From: the human T2T-CHM13v2.0 reference genome, Homo sapiens
DNA length: 64,000 nucleotides
Direction: 5' to 3' (one strand)
Assembly (NCBI RefSeq): GCF_009914755.1
Contig: NC_060934.1
Shown piece by piece: positions 14,184 to 30,456 of the stretch; position 1 is the first letter of the stretch; every line of letters starts with the position of its first letter. The notes beneath the pieces were generated by a model, which saw only the letters and a program-made list of their open reading frames with translations, was not told the DNA's origin and made no database searches. Position numbers and translations under genes: made by a program.

Positions 14184-14422
14184 TGGTATGTCAGGTGAGA
14201 TGTGCCATGGAAAAAAATAAAGCCAGAAAGTTAGCTAGGAAAGTGCCATGGTAGAGGGATAGAAAGAGGGAGGTATTATGTTCTGTAGGTGGTCAGGAGT
14301 GACTTCATCCAGAAGATTTTTGGAATTGGATCAAAATAGGATGGTTTAAAACAAGGATGTGGAATGAAGAGTTAGAATAAAAGGCCTGTTAGAAACAGGA
14401 AAGAGGAATAAAGACACAAGTG

Positions 14423-14758
<336 letters not shown>

Positions 14759-16417
14759 CTAGAGACAGAGAACTTTCTAGGTTCTGAATAGTGTGTCAGT
14801 GTATTTCTGATAAATCTTCTCCCCCTGTGCCCCCAAGCTGGTATGAATCAGTTTTCTGTTGACCAAAGAGCCCAAACTCATACATGTATTGGAGCAAAAA
14901 AAACCTGTGAATTCAAGGCCTGCCCAATGTGGGAGATGTTGATTACCTTAGAAAAACAAAGCTTGGTGCTTCTGATCCCAAGAATGCCGATATAATAGCA
15001 GAGTAGCATTAATTTTGTTGTGTCCTAGCATCCCAGAAATCAAACATGCAAGAAATATACATTTCTTCATTTTCTTTAAATCAGATTAACTCTGGTCCTA
15101 CACTGGGCTGATGGAAAATTCAAATATAAGCATCATATGTTACCCCTAGTTCTGTTCTCCCTCTGCATCCCTCACCCCCAGAGCCACAAGAGAAATAGGG
15201 AGGCTTGCTGATGTCCGGACAATTGGGAAAAGGCCTCTAATCTCCAAGTGCCTTGGAGTCATCCAAGTCATCATTGATCAAGCCTTGCAACCTTCCCTGC
15301 AAGTCCCTGGCTCTCTGCTTCCATGGCACAAGAATAGAGAACTCTTTCCTGAGGCTAATGGACACCATGCTCCTTTGGGTGCAGTCATCCCTTCTGAAGT
15401 CACAACATCTTTGTGGAAAAATTAACATCTTGAAGCAGGGCCAGGTGTCCACTAATCCTGTGATATGCCAATCTTTTCAGTTAGCTTAGGCTTTTATAAT
15501 AGACCACAAGAGTAAGTGACTTCCTTCTAGGAGTTTCAGCTTTCCACCCTGAAAAAACTCCCTCAAAGATTTTTTTTTCCTTTTAATAAATTGTTCTGCC
15601 ATGTGTCTGTTGCACGAATGGGTGCAAGTTCAAATGGGACCCCATAACTGGTGATTGTGAGCAGCTAAGGGGCATCACTAAAATACTAGATATTAAAGTC
15701 CAAGAGTATGATGAGGACAAAGAGTGGTTGTAAAGAAATCTAAAAAACAATGAGGGCAAACTTTATCTGTCTCACAATAGTTATGATAGCATTTAATGTT
15801 TCTGGTGCAGAAGTAATTTTTCTCCACTCTGCCTTGTGCTGGAATCAAAACAATATTCCTCAATCTTGTTAGGGAGTGAATAACTTTTAGGGAGAAGGTC
15901 TCAAATGGGAAGTGGTTTAAAGTTTATGAATTGCAAGAATACCTTTTGATATCTAAACAAAGTGTACTAAGGAATTCAACCCACAGAAGAGCTGATATTC
16001 AAAATCAGAATTATTAAAAATTGTAGTGGGGTCAGTGGGGGTTTGGGGAGGGTGAACAGGAGTGCATGAAGAGCATCAAAATAAGCACAAGTGATTTACC
16101 ATTGGCTTGGTTTCTTCGGGGAATTTGAAGAATTCATACTTATTTATACGTTTTCAAATATTTATTTAAGTGCCTACAACATGTGAGGCATTTGGGAATG
16201 TCTCAGTTAACGTGGTACATAAGTTCCTTGCTCTAATAGAGCTCACATTTGGATGTCTTCTAATTCTGAACCTGAATGTAAGAGCACAATACAATCAATG
16301 AAGCAGTGAGCCCAGGAAGCCATGGATCTTCACAAGCCTCAGGAAAAGTCAACATTTAAAATTTTCTATTTAAAGTCCAAGGGCACAGCAAGCTCTTGGT
16401 CTATATGGGAAGGCCAT

Positions 16418-16439
16418 GGACTACAATTCCCACAAGTCC
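16418..16439 (+). promoter_or_regulatory. ZNF143/THAP11 (SBS) motif GGACTACAATTCCCACAAGTCC
   Basis: Exact ACTACAATTCCCA core, about 130 bp upstream of the ATG. Confidence 0.85.
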
Positions 16440-16557
16440 GTGCGACCTCTCCGTTCTGCGCAGCTTCGCGGTATGAGGAAGAGGGTCCTGTCAGGCGCAC
16501 TCTTGTTGCATCATCAGCGTGCACCTCCACGATGAAACAGGTCTGGGCTACAAAAGT

Positions 16558-16843
16558 ATGGCCGCTTCTGAGGCGGCGGTGGTGTCTTCGCCGTCTTTGA
16601 AAACAGACACATCCCCTGTCCTTGAAACTGCAGGAACGGTCGCAGCAATGGCTGCGACCCCGTCAGCAAGGGCTGCAGCCGCGGTGGTTGCGGCCGCGGC
16701 CAGGACCGGATCCGAAGCCAGGGTCTCCAAGGCCGCTTTGGCTACCAAGCTGCTGTCCTTGAGCGGCGTGTTCGCCGTGCACAAGCCCAAAGGGCCCACT
16801 TCAGCCGAGCTGCTGAATCGGTTGAAGGAGAAGCTGCTGGCAG
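16558..16843 (+). CDS. TRUB1: TRUB1 coding exon 1 (aa 1-95; Ala-rich N-terminus and motif I HKPKG)
   Basis: ATG at 16558 in strong Kozak context (aagtATGG); donor CAG|gtactg; phase 1. Confidence 0.97.
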
Positions 16844-18415
16844 GTACTGCAGCCCGGGTGGGGACCAGGCTGAGGCGGTCGCTGCGAGAGGGGAAGCACA
16901 TTAGGCTTTTTGCGACGCTCGTGATTCAAGAGACAAAAGGAGGGGAAAGGGAGACTGACCATTGAATTAGCTCTGGACAGGAATCTCGGGCATCTCGGGC
17001 TTGGACTTGCCCTGGCACGAACTCTTGTAGCCTACTTGGCAGTTGTAGTTCTCAACGGGAGGAAAAAAATCCCGTACTTACACAATAAAACCCTGCCCTT
17101 GGGCGTGCAGACCTGTTTTCTGTAATCTGATCGATCCCTCAGGAGGCTTTTGTTGGGTTCATGTGGATGAACCCCAAAAGGAAGTACTGGTTCTGCACCC
17201 CTAAAGTTGCATTCCTCAAAATGTATTGGAAATGCAGATATACTTCGTTAACCAAGACTTAATATAGTCGTTTTCACATTTTAATGGGCCTAACAATTAC
17301 TTAGAGTCTCTTGTACAAATACAGATTCCTAATCCCTGCCCTGTCCGAGATTGTGATTCGGAGAGTTCGGGGTATTTTTAGGAAACTGCAATTCTAAATA
17401 GTTGCTCCAGGTGATTCCAGTGTAAGTAGTTTATGGACCACATTTGAGGAACACTAAATATAACTTGGCCACTAAGCTGAGAGTGTTCATTTTATTGATT
17501 CGTTTATTCACGTACACTGGGAAAATACTAGAAAAGCCTAAAGAATCACCCCGTTAATCAGCTCGGATGATTTCACACATAAAGCATCCAGGATCCTTAA
17601 GTTCATTGGACATATACAATAAGCCAGGTCTGTGCTAGCCTATAGAGACTTGAAGATGAAAGATAACTCTCTTACCTTAACTGAGCTGATAGCCTAGTAA
17701 TTTCTGCACCTTGTGGTGGTAAAACTAGTTAGTTAGGTTATTCAAGGCCCTCCAGAGTTTGGCCGTATTCTGTCTCGCCATTAAACCAGTACAGGGACTT
17801 TCTTACATTGTTTAGTGTCCCATGGAAAACTTTACACTTTAAAAAAATGCAAAAACAAATTATTCTGATGGGAATTATAACTGACAGTACAGATTTAAGT
17901 GTTTATGGGCAAATAGGTACACTCCTGCAGATGTTTAATTCCAGTATCACGACTACTTATTCTTTTATTAAAGTTTTGCTTTGTTGCCTGAAAGTATGGG
18001 TCATACAGAGGACGTCAAAGTGAGGAATTGCATCAAGGATATGTATTGTGGTATCATCATAGTTTTTTAGTTTTCCTTCATAGAACTGCTGCTTTCCTGA
18101 TTTGTTAGCTAAACTCTGGGTTTCTTTTTTTTTTTTTTTTTTATCCTTAAGGTAATGATTACCATTCTTTCAGACAAGTTTCTGACAAAGCCATATTCTG
18201 GCCTTCTGGCTAATCTGCCTCTAAGAACTGAAGTTTCTTGTTGAATCTTGGTTAAAATGTTTCAAGGCTCTTGCTAGGCTAGAACCTTTAGCTAGAGACA
18301 TTCTCATTATCCTCGATTTCTATATTGCTTGTGATTGGCCTATTTTGTATTTATGTTAGTTAGGCTAGGGCTTTCCAAATGTCATTGTAATTGGCTGTCA
18401 GAATTGCTTGGGAAG

Positions 18416-18720
<305 letters not shown>

Positions 18721-19273
18721 TTGGGAAGGTTCTTAAAGATACCTACATTCTAATGCCATGTTTGACAACCATGATCAGTGGTTGTGTCCTCTAATACCAT
18801 TCCTTGTCTTTCTTTGCATTGATTCCTATTATGCTACAATCTCTACTGTTTGTCTGTTGGGATCCTTCAAAGCCCTAAGTGTACCAGAATTTTATAGCTA
18901 GAAAATAATAAAAATCCACGAATACTTAGTTCAGTGGGGTGAACCAAATTCCCCACTTTATATAGTAGAGGCAGTATGTCTGCAAGTTAGAAGGAGGTAT
19001 ATTTGGGCACAAAGGGAAGATAGTATATTTATGGGGCCTTCTTACTCCAAGGGGTGTCAAGTTGAAAATGTAAAGAGTTCCCCAAAAGGTTTCTGTTAAT
19101 TTATGAGTGAGAGATCCATGATGGATTGCAAGTGACAGATCAAGGGTTTGAAACTGAGGTCTGGCCTTAGAAATTTATGTCAAAGCAGACAACCATACCC
19201 TTCTAAGTATGGTGATGTCATAATTAGGGAATGACGCCAGGGTGTTCCAGAGACCATGGTTCTGACTCAGTAG

Positions 19274-19941
<668 letters not shown>

Positions 19942-20054
19942 CACTTTATGTTTACAACAGGAATATGAGATAAGCCGGGCTGGCATCCTCTTTTTAAAAA
20001 TCTAAATGTTTAGGAAGTTAAGGTGCAACTTAATCTTAGCTGCTTTCCACATAA

Positions 20055-20382
<328 letters not shown>

Positions 20383-20943
20383 TAGATTCGCTTCTTTAAT
20401 GAATTGAAAATTTTGGTTAGGAGAAGGAGACAGCGAATGCAGGGAGTTTGGGAATTTAGTGTATTTAGAAGTAGCCCTGCATGAGATGTACTCGCAATGT
20501 TAGGTAGCTGGAGATAGCAGCAAAGACCATGGAAGAGATTCAGAAATGGAAATTGAGGACTTTTAAAAGTATCTTTCTATATAAAAATTAACTTCTTTTC
20601 ATGATTCTCTATCTAACAGCCCACCACTACCAAGAATTTACTAGATTTTTGCGGGTTAGCTTGGATATTTACCCACCTTTTAAAAATGCCGTTTTTCTCT
20701 TAGAGAATGAATTCTACTGTCTTGATAGCTGATTTTGGAATACTCTTTCTTTATAATTTAGGGAATGTCCATTTTAAAATCTTTTCTTTGCTAGTAATGA
20801 GGTCATAGTCTCTTAACATGTAAAGTTTGTATAATACTTTTTGTTTGTTTTGAAAATGCCATCCCCTTTTCCTCCCAAGTTTATGAAGATCCTACTTCAT
20901 TTGTCTTGGTGATCACCTTTTTTCATCCCCATTTCTCTCATAG

Positions 20944-21042
20944 AAGCTGGAATGCCTTCTCCAGAATGGACCAAGAGGAAAAAGCAGACTTTGAAAATTG
21001 GGCATGGAGGGACTCTAGACAGCGCAGCCCGAGGAGTTCTGG
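20944..21042 (+). CDS. TRUB1: TRUB1 exon 2 ([33 protein letters not shown]; catalytic Asp121)
   Basis: Acceptor tttctctcatag|, donor TGG|gtaaga; 99 nt, phase 1/1; HGGTLD motif with GAC at 21018-21020. Confidence 0.97.
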
Positions 21043-21282
21043 GTAAGAGATATGAAAGGCAGTTAAGTGTCCACTGTCACTTAATATCAGAAAGAAACAC
21101 TGGTTGAGAACAGATAGATTGACTAAAGCCTTCTATTTTTCAGTCATTTTGGAATGTTTCAGATCTACTGGATATATATAGTGCCATCTTTTAAAGAAGC
21201 CCTTAAATGGTACAAGGCCTACAAGGCTGTTAGAAATAGCTACTTTTATGTGTGGATGGGACTTTGAAAAAAGGTTTCTCTC

Positions 21283-22109
21283 TGTGCAGAAAAGAGTTAA
21301 CATAGCAGGCCTGAAATTACTATCTTTAGAAAGGCTTGCTTGGACAGCTTGCCCTTGGTTGGTATCTGGGAACTTGGATTTTGGGAGTGTTCCCACCCTT
21401 CTCTGTCTGATAAGGCTGGTTGGCTGTGCCTCAGATGTTCTGAGAACACCAGCTTTCCTTCTAGGAATCTGGAATTTTGTTCCACTGCTAAGGCAGAGGG
21501 TGCCTGAGTGATCATCCTGTCAAATCCCCAATAAAAGCTTTGGGCACTGGGGCCGGGTGCAGTGGCTCATGCCTGTAATCAGCACTTTGGGAGGCTGAGG
21601 CGCGTGGATCACAAGGTCAGGAATTCGAGACGAGCCTGACCAACATGGTGAAACCCTGTCTCTTCTAAAAATACAAAAATTGGCTGGGTGTGGTGGCATG
21701 TGCCTGTAATCCCAGCTACTTGGGAGGCTGAGGCAGAAGAATCACTTGAACCTGGGAGGCAGAGTGTTCAGTGAGCCGAGATCGCACCACTGCACTCCAG
21801 CCTGGGCGACAGAGGGAGACTGTCTCAAAACAAAACAAAACAAAACAAAACACAGCTTTGGGCACTGAGTTTCTAATGAGCTTCCCTGAGAGAAACATTG
21901 CACATGTGTTACCGCTTTTTTTGTTGTTGGAGAAAGCAGCACGCTTGAGCATCCCCTCACAGGAGGGAGAGAGGATAAGGAAGCTTGTGCCCAGATTTCT
22001 CTGTGTCTTTTTCTCTTATGGTCCAGCTGTGTATTCTTACTACATCACTGTAAAATTCTGAGCTATATATCAATCTTCGAATGTGGGCTGGTCTTGGGGA
22101 TTCCTGACA
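21283..22109 (+). mobile_element. MER68-like ERVL LTR interrupted by an Alu
   Basis: tgtgcagaaaagagttaacatagcaggcctga ... ggtcttggggattcctgaca. Confidence 0.8.
21551..21853 (+). mobile_element. Alu (S family), intron 2
   Basis: TSD agctttgggcactg. Confidence 0.95.
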
Positions 22110-22698
22110 AGGTAGAAGGCTCTGTTTGTCTGCCTATCTCTAATCTAATCTCTGAGATCAACTCTCTTGAGAAGGGGAAGCTTGAGAGTAAGTCATTTTC
22201 GGCTGGAGATGTATTAGTTGACCGTTTTATTGCTTGTGAAGGAAAATTGGTAGAATTGATCGAAGGGAATAAAAATATTTTATCCTTTTTTATTCCATCT
22301 TTTTTTTTTTTTTTTTTTTTTGCACCTGGTAGAGATTCTGAAGTCCAACTTAATGGACTGCTAAAGTGTGTATACACAGGCTAGGGTATATTTTACTCTG
22401 TAACTGCATCCTTAGTCACAGAACTACCTACATACATTGGGATCCCTCTCAGTGCCCCCTTCCCGACATATGAGAAACAAACTTTTATGGAACAATACTT
22501 ATCTTTTTACATGCTCTGGTATTTTATATTTTATTCAGTTTCATTTAGAGCAAAAATTAGGTACAAAGAAACAACAGCAAACCTTGATCTAAGCTATCCA
22601 AAGTAAATGAGCGCTTATTTAAAAGGATAAAATCGGTGAAGAAAATAGTATGCTTCAAGAACATTATATACTGTATGATTTTGTATTTTCTAAAATTA

Positions 22699-23530
<832 letters not shown>

Positions 23531-23869
23531 GTGGATGGCAGATACCTGGTGCTCCTGCTTTTGTTCCTCATGCCCTGTGCTCTTGGCAGAAATTAGGGCT
23601 TCATGATTCTTACCAGCTTAGCACTTCAGTAGCCTATACCAGTTGATTAGAGTTGGCCTTTGAGTTGAAGCCTGTGTTTCTAACCCTTCTGCTTTACTGT
23701 TTTCCAGGCATGGCACCACAAATACAAGGAAAGAGAGGATCAGATCAGTTGCTTGTTTACGAATAGATCAATTCTATTAATTTCGGGTGGCGGTTCTTCA
23801 TTGGCATGCAGAAAATAGTGATATTCAAGGCAGTGAATGAAAGTTTAGTTTTTACCCTGAACCTAAGGC

Positions 23870-24088
23870 TAGCTTGTCCAACCTTTGGCCTGTGGGCTGC
23901 ACGTGGCCTAGGGCAGCTTTGAATGCAGCCCTACACAAATCTGTAAACTTTCTTAAAACATCATGAGTTTTTTTGTGATTTTTATTTTTTTTAAGCTCAT
24001 CAGCTATCGTTAGTGTATTATGTGTGTGGCCCAAGACAATTCTTCTTTCATTGTGACCCAGGGAAGCCAAAAGATTGGACACTCTTGG
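23870..24088. mobile_element. MER30 (hAT-Charlie) MITE
   Basis: ctcatcagctatcgttagtg...gtggcccaagacaattcttct...gggaagccaaaagattggacac. Confidence 0.85.
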
Positions 24089-24630
24089 CCTAAGGGATCT
24101 TGTTGAAGCTTCCATTTTAGTATTGTGAAGGGGCTGAGATTTGTATGCGTGGAAGAAATTGTATTGGAAACAGTTTTCTGGTTGGAGGCTCAATTTATAT
24201 TTGATCACACAGGGAATTTTATGATGATATAATATGTTCATATGTCAGATGTATTAATTTTTCTTTTAATGCATGTGATTTCCGAGGAGAGAGAAAGTTT
24301 AAAAAATTGTAGGTGTTTAGTCACAGAGTAAGGGATGTTTGTTGTCCAAGTTAGCAGTTCTGGAAACTTATGAGAAGTCGATTTTTGATTGTGTGATAAA
24401 ATAAACACTGAACTCTAATCATACTTCGGTTTGTACACTGGCTACTGGCTGCTTTAGTTACTAACTGTATACATCCTAAGAAAATCTCGTAACTTCACTG
24501 AACGTGTCTTCATCTCTTAAAAGAAGATAACGTCTACCAAAACTAAGTCAAAAGGTTTTCAAAAATATTTTACAAAATACCTATAGTATATAGATATATA
24601 CTTTATCCTGTGAAGTGCTGTATACAGGTC

Positions 24631-24940
<310 letters not shown>

Positions 24941-25150
24941 AAAAGGTCTTTTTTGAAACAAACAAACAAACAAACAAAACTAAAACTGGACCTGTGCAAA
25001 AAAAATATACTTTTACTTTCAACATTTTTTTTTTGCAGTATTAATGGTGCAGATTAAGAATTTAGCTGACAATTTAAGATTATAACCTGAAATTCAGGTT
25101 TATAATTCTATAGCATAATTGCTAGAGGGTTCACAAGTTTCTCAAAAATA

Positions 25151-25686
25151 CGTGGTAGGCAAAATAATGGCCCTCTAAAGGTGTCTGTGTCCTAATTTCC
25201 ATAACCTGTGAATATATTAGGTTACATCACAAGGAACATTAGGGTTGTAGATGGAATTGATGTTGCTAATCAGCTGACTTTAAGATAGATTATCCTGGAA
25301 TTTCCAAGTGGACCCAATGTAATCATAATATTCTTTAAAAGTGGAAGAGGAGGCAGAAGAGAGAGTCAGAGGAGATGTGGCAGTGGAAGCAGAGGTTGGA
25401 GTAATGTGGTTGCTGGCTTTGAAGAGTGAAGGGGATCACAAGCCAAAGAATGGGGGCAGCCTCTAAAAGCTGGAGGAGGCAAAAAAAAAAAGGTCCTCTA
25501 CGGAGGCTCTAGTGAAGGATTCTCCCCTAGCACCTCCAGAGAAGAACACGGTCAAGCCAACCCTTTGATTTTAAGCCTAGTTAAACCTGTTTCAGGCTTC
25601 TCACCTCCCCAACTATGTGATAAAAAGTTTGTATTGTTTTAAGACGATTGGTAATTTGTTAACAGTAGCAATAGGAAAGGAATACA
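25151..25686 (+). mobile_element. MLT1D-like MaLR LTR
   Basis: gtggtaggcaaaataatggcc...gttgctaatcagctgac...gcaataggaaaggaataca. Confidence 0.85.
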
Positions 25687-25759
25687 CCTATTTATCATAA
25701 ATCACTTAAAATGTAAATAAAATTTCTATATACCATTTCAAAAAAATTTTTTTAACTTT

Positions 25760-26090
25760 AGAGGTTATAGAAACAGTGAGAAAATTTAGAAAATACAAGA
25801 AAGTTGCAAATAAAAAATTATCCATTTTCCACCTTTCATCAATAGTCAGTTAACATTTTTGCCATATTTCCTTGTAGCTTTTTGTCTATGCAGATTTTTA
25901 AAGTTGAGATCTACTTCACTGTGTATACTTATATATCCATTTTTTTAAACTTAACATTGTAACATAAACATTGTTCATGTTGATAAGCTCTTTGTAAACT
26001 TTATTTTTAATGGCTATAAAATGTTCCATCATATGGCTAAAATACCATTTATTAACCATTTCCCTATTTGAGGTCACTGAGGTTATCACC
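25760..26090 (-). mobile_element. Old L1 (L1ME-like) 3' end
   Basis: tttttaatggct...ttccatcatatgg...ccatttattaaccatttccctatt. Confidence 0.6.
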
Positions 26091-28177
26091 AGAGTTTTGT
26101 CAGAACTGATTTTGTGAGAGATGTCTTTATAGATAGAACTTTTTGTTTGTTTTGTTTTTAGTTTTTACCCACACATCTGTATCAGCCAGATGTTTCAGAT
26201 TCTTAAAATAGATTCCTACGATTGGAAAGATACAGGTCTTGTAAGATGATCCTACAGAAAGCTGGAAATACATGTATAGAGTCCATGCCTGTCCTAAAGA
26301 GACTCTCATCATAAACAAATTCTATCTTTTTGATTTGAGAATGGGATACTAGGACATTGGATAAGTTTGGAGATAGTTATTTTTGTTTTTGTTTTTTTAA
26401 CGGAAAAGACATTTGAGTGAGCACAGAACACTTGGGAGATAGAGTAGGAGAGTAGTAATTGTGCAACAGTGCATGGAAAACCCCGTTATTCATCTGCTCT
26501 CTAAATTCTCCACACCTTTTCAAATGTGGTGCCTTTGCTCATGTTTTTCTTTTATAAGCTGCTCATCTCTCTCAGCACCTTTGGTTGTAGAAGTCCTACT
26601 GACCTTTCCAGGTTCAGCTGAAATGCCATTTCCTACCTTTGAAGCCTGCCTGCTGCTCTTCTATACTGCTAATGTAAAATTTCATTTTGTTCTTTTAGTT
26701 TTTGTTAATATCTGTCTCCCTATTATATTATTAAATCACAGCTGAAGCCAGGTCTTATTTATTTCTGTACCTACACAATAAGTACTGGATACAATTTTGA
26801 ATGATTGAAGGGAAAAAATGCCGAGTAAAAATTCTGTCCGGGAAACTAACCTGTGAATGAAAAGCTGCTGGTTGGCTAGGTCCCAACTCCAGATAATTTT
26901 TCTATATGCCACCACCATATTAGTCTTCCTAAAATTCTGCTTTCACTAATCACCTCACTTCAATGGCATTTGGTTATTCTTAGGTTAAAATGAGAGGATT
27001 AAGCTGGGTAACTCTAAGATGGCTTCTTTTAAATTTTATCCTTCTGGGTCACTAAACTAGCTCAGAAACCATCATGAGTTCAGTATTTCAGCCATGTTAA
27101 AGTCAAACATGTCAGTCTGCTTCTAAGACACCCTGTGTTCAGTTGATAAACCTACTGTTCTCATCCTTGTATCTGAGAGTTTGTGCAATTATTTTCTTTT
27201 TTAGAACATGCTTCTCTTCTCTCTGTTGTGTTCCCTATACATCCTTCAAAGGCCTAATACAAACTCCGAAATGCTTGAATGAAGCATTCTCCGGCCTCTT
27301 TAGCCGTTTAGGATGCTCCCACCTTTGCCCTGCTTTGGCAGCGGTTCTCTCTCTGTTCATTTGACACTTAATCATATACTATCATATTGTTATTTAGCAT
27401 TATTCACTCATTAGGCAACATTTCTTGAGCACTGTGATTTTTCTGTATTTTATTTTCCTGATGAGATTATAAGCTGTTTCAGAGTTAGGAAATGTGTCAC
27501 AGGTTTCTTTGTTTTTCCATTGGAAGTATTCCTCTTGGGATTATGTGCATAGTAGTTGTTCAAGAAAAATTGATTGGAGATTTATTTGAATGGAATCAAG
27601 TCGCATTGAATCTTTCCTGTTTGCCTCATCAGCAGCAGTATCTACAAGTTCTGTCATTTGAAGAGTATTATGCTCTTCAGAGGATTACTGAGGACAGACT
27701 GTTTTTGATCTTAGACCTTGAACTATATGACTTAGAAGGACAATACAGATGAGTGTCATAGAAGTTTTGAGGAGGTTGGAATAGACTTTATGAATGAGTT
27801 GGGGCTTGAGCTGGGCTTCAAAGGATTGACTTTGAATACTTTAATAAGGAGTTGGTGCTGTAGGCACTGGGACCCTACTAAGGATTGTTTGGGGGGCTTT
27901 GTAATGTGAAAAATAGGGTTTCAGAAATGGTTATGAAGTGGTATGAATTGGAAGAGGAAGGGATAGGATGTAGAACCGTCAGGTTTGCAGGGATGTAGGC
28001 TGGTTGCAGTGAGGAGAAAGCCTAGGTGAGTTAAGGTGGCAGAGGGAATGGAAAGGAAGGGGGGTCTGTTCTTAGACCATTTGGTTTGAATCTTAACTCT
28101 ACCGGGTACTGGTTGTGAGATGCTGGACAAAGTTCTTAGTCTCTTATTCCTGTTTCCTCATCTATCAACAGGGGTAA

Positions 28178-28567
<390 letters not shown>

Positions 28568-29393
28568 TAAACTCACTGAATGGTATTTGCTGTAAATATT
28601 GGAGATATTTTTTCTAGTTTGCCAATCAGTAGTCCTTGTTTACTCTTATAATTCTGAATTGTGGTGATTGTATTGTGTTCTTATGCACAGTTATATCTGT
28701 TGATGACAAATATTTCTATACTTACAAAAATGTGGCTTCTTAACAAAAAGAGAAGTGACTAAATCCTCTCACCCTCACCAAGTGAAATGTGTTGACGTAT
28801 GAATAATGTTTGAAATTTAAGAGAAAGGTAGGCCATTGTTGTACTTTGGGCTCTGTAAATACATTCTTCAGCCTTCATTTTACCTTGTATTCTTTGTGTT
28901 AGACTGATTTGTTATGTTTCTCTTTTCTTGATTGTATATACTGCTGGGTGCTAATCATCTTTAAATGGTTCATTAGCTGTGATAATGGCTTTTGCTTTGT
29001 TTAATAATGAATTCTGTCAAAAGACTTTATCATACCCACTTGAACATGGTTAATTGTGCCGTGTGTTTTTCACTGGTGCCCATATAAAATTCCAGTGCGT
29101 CCTTTGAGATTGTTCTAAGGCTTCATTGTCTAATTGGCTGGGTTAAGGTTTCTACTGAGTTTAATACTTTGAGAATGGGGAGAAAGGTCTTCTCTTGTCC
29201 CTTCTTTAGAATTTCTTAGTTGCATGACAAGTTCAACTGTTTGGAGTAATAGGAGCCCTAACATTTTGCTAAATATCTGTTCTTTCCCACTTCACATTAC
29301 CTAAGCTGGGAAATTATGACCAAAAAATATAGCTATTTTAAAAACCTAGTTTTCAGAACAGAGTGTCATAATATTTCTTTCTTTGATTTGTAG

Positions 29394-29449
29394 TTGTTGG
29401 AATTGGAAGCGGAACAAAAATGTTGACCAGTATGTTGTCAGGGTCCAAG
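29394..29449 (+). CDS. TRUB1: TRUB1 exon 3 (VVGIGSGTKMLTSMLSGSK)
   Basis: Acceptor ctttgatttgtag|, donor AAG|gtaaga; 56 nt; continues the frame. Confidence 0.96.
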
Positions 29450-30456
29450 GTAAGAATACTGAAATAGTTCTATTTTTCTTTAATGTTCTTAATGATCTAC
29501 ATGTATTGGGTTTTTATCAAATAAAAAATAAACTGAGTAAACTGCATGAATGGGTATCATTCCTGAGTATTAATTATGTCTATAAACATATCTGAGATTG
29601 AAAATATCGAGACTGAAAATTGGAAATTCTTAATTGAAAAACCAATTAGACTTAAAGAAACAATGCTACAGTGCTCATCATTTAACAAAATTATATTTAG
29701 ACTTTTAAAACATCATATTTCTTAGATGATTGGGACTTAGAGGTCATAAACTCTAGTGACAGACTTTTTTAAACCTTGGAATTTTTATAGAAACAATACC
29801 ATTTTGTAAACTGTGCCCTTTGAGCAAAAATATGCTTTGTTCAATGGTTATAAATGTTTATTAAAGAAAAGAGTAGGGCCTCTTTAAGATGATAAAGTAT
29901 GTTCATATATGAGAGTAACCTTGAATAGATCCAAAAGCACTTTTCCAGGCACTTGATAGAAGAGAGAAGGGGTTATTTGGAGGCAGGAGAGGCTGGAAAG
30001 CTGTGAACTGCTGGTAGAAGGGGTCTCTTCCATCTCTCAAAGAGAGAGTAATATCTGTATCCTAATGAGTAATTAGGTGCTGGTTATAAGTGCTGGGACT
30101 AAGGGTCAATGAAAATGCACGTGGAAGGAAGCTTAGTATGCCAAGAGGTAGCGAAAAATTTCATTATGTTCCTGGAATAAACTTTGTTTTAAAACTCTTG
30201 CTCTAAATGTGATATAAATTGTTGATAAAATGATTTTTGTTTCTTTAAAAAAATCTGTTGTCAAAGACCATTTAAAAAACAATTTCCAGTTCATTGCAGA
30301 CTGATTGATGACTTTTGTAAAATATAATTAAAATACGGCAATGTAAAATTGCTAAATAAGTTTCTACGCAATCTCATTTTCTGAACTTATTATAGATAAC
30401 TGGCCTGTGGAAAACACTTGACGTAGTAGTGGTTTAAGTATTAAAATAAAAGCCCT

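Larger units (their letters stand above)
16400..17130. promoter_or_regulatory. CpG island / TRUB1 promoter
   Basis: The only CpG-dense, GC-rich unique stretch in the window; overlaps exon 1. Confidence 0.9.

Noticed and set aside
16548-16901. 117-aa antisense ORF over exon 1
   Set aside because: Expected shadow of a GC-rich, Ala-codon-rich exon; no recognisable domain.
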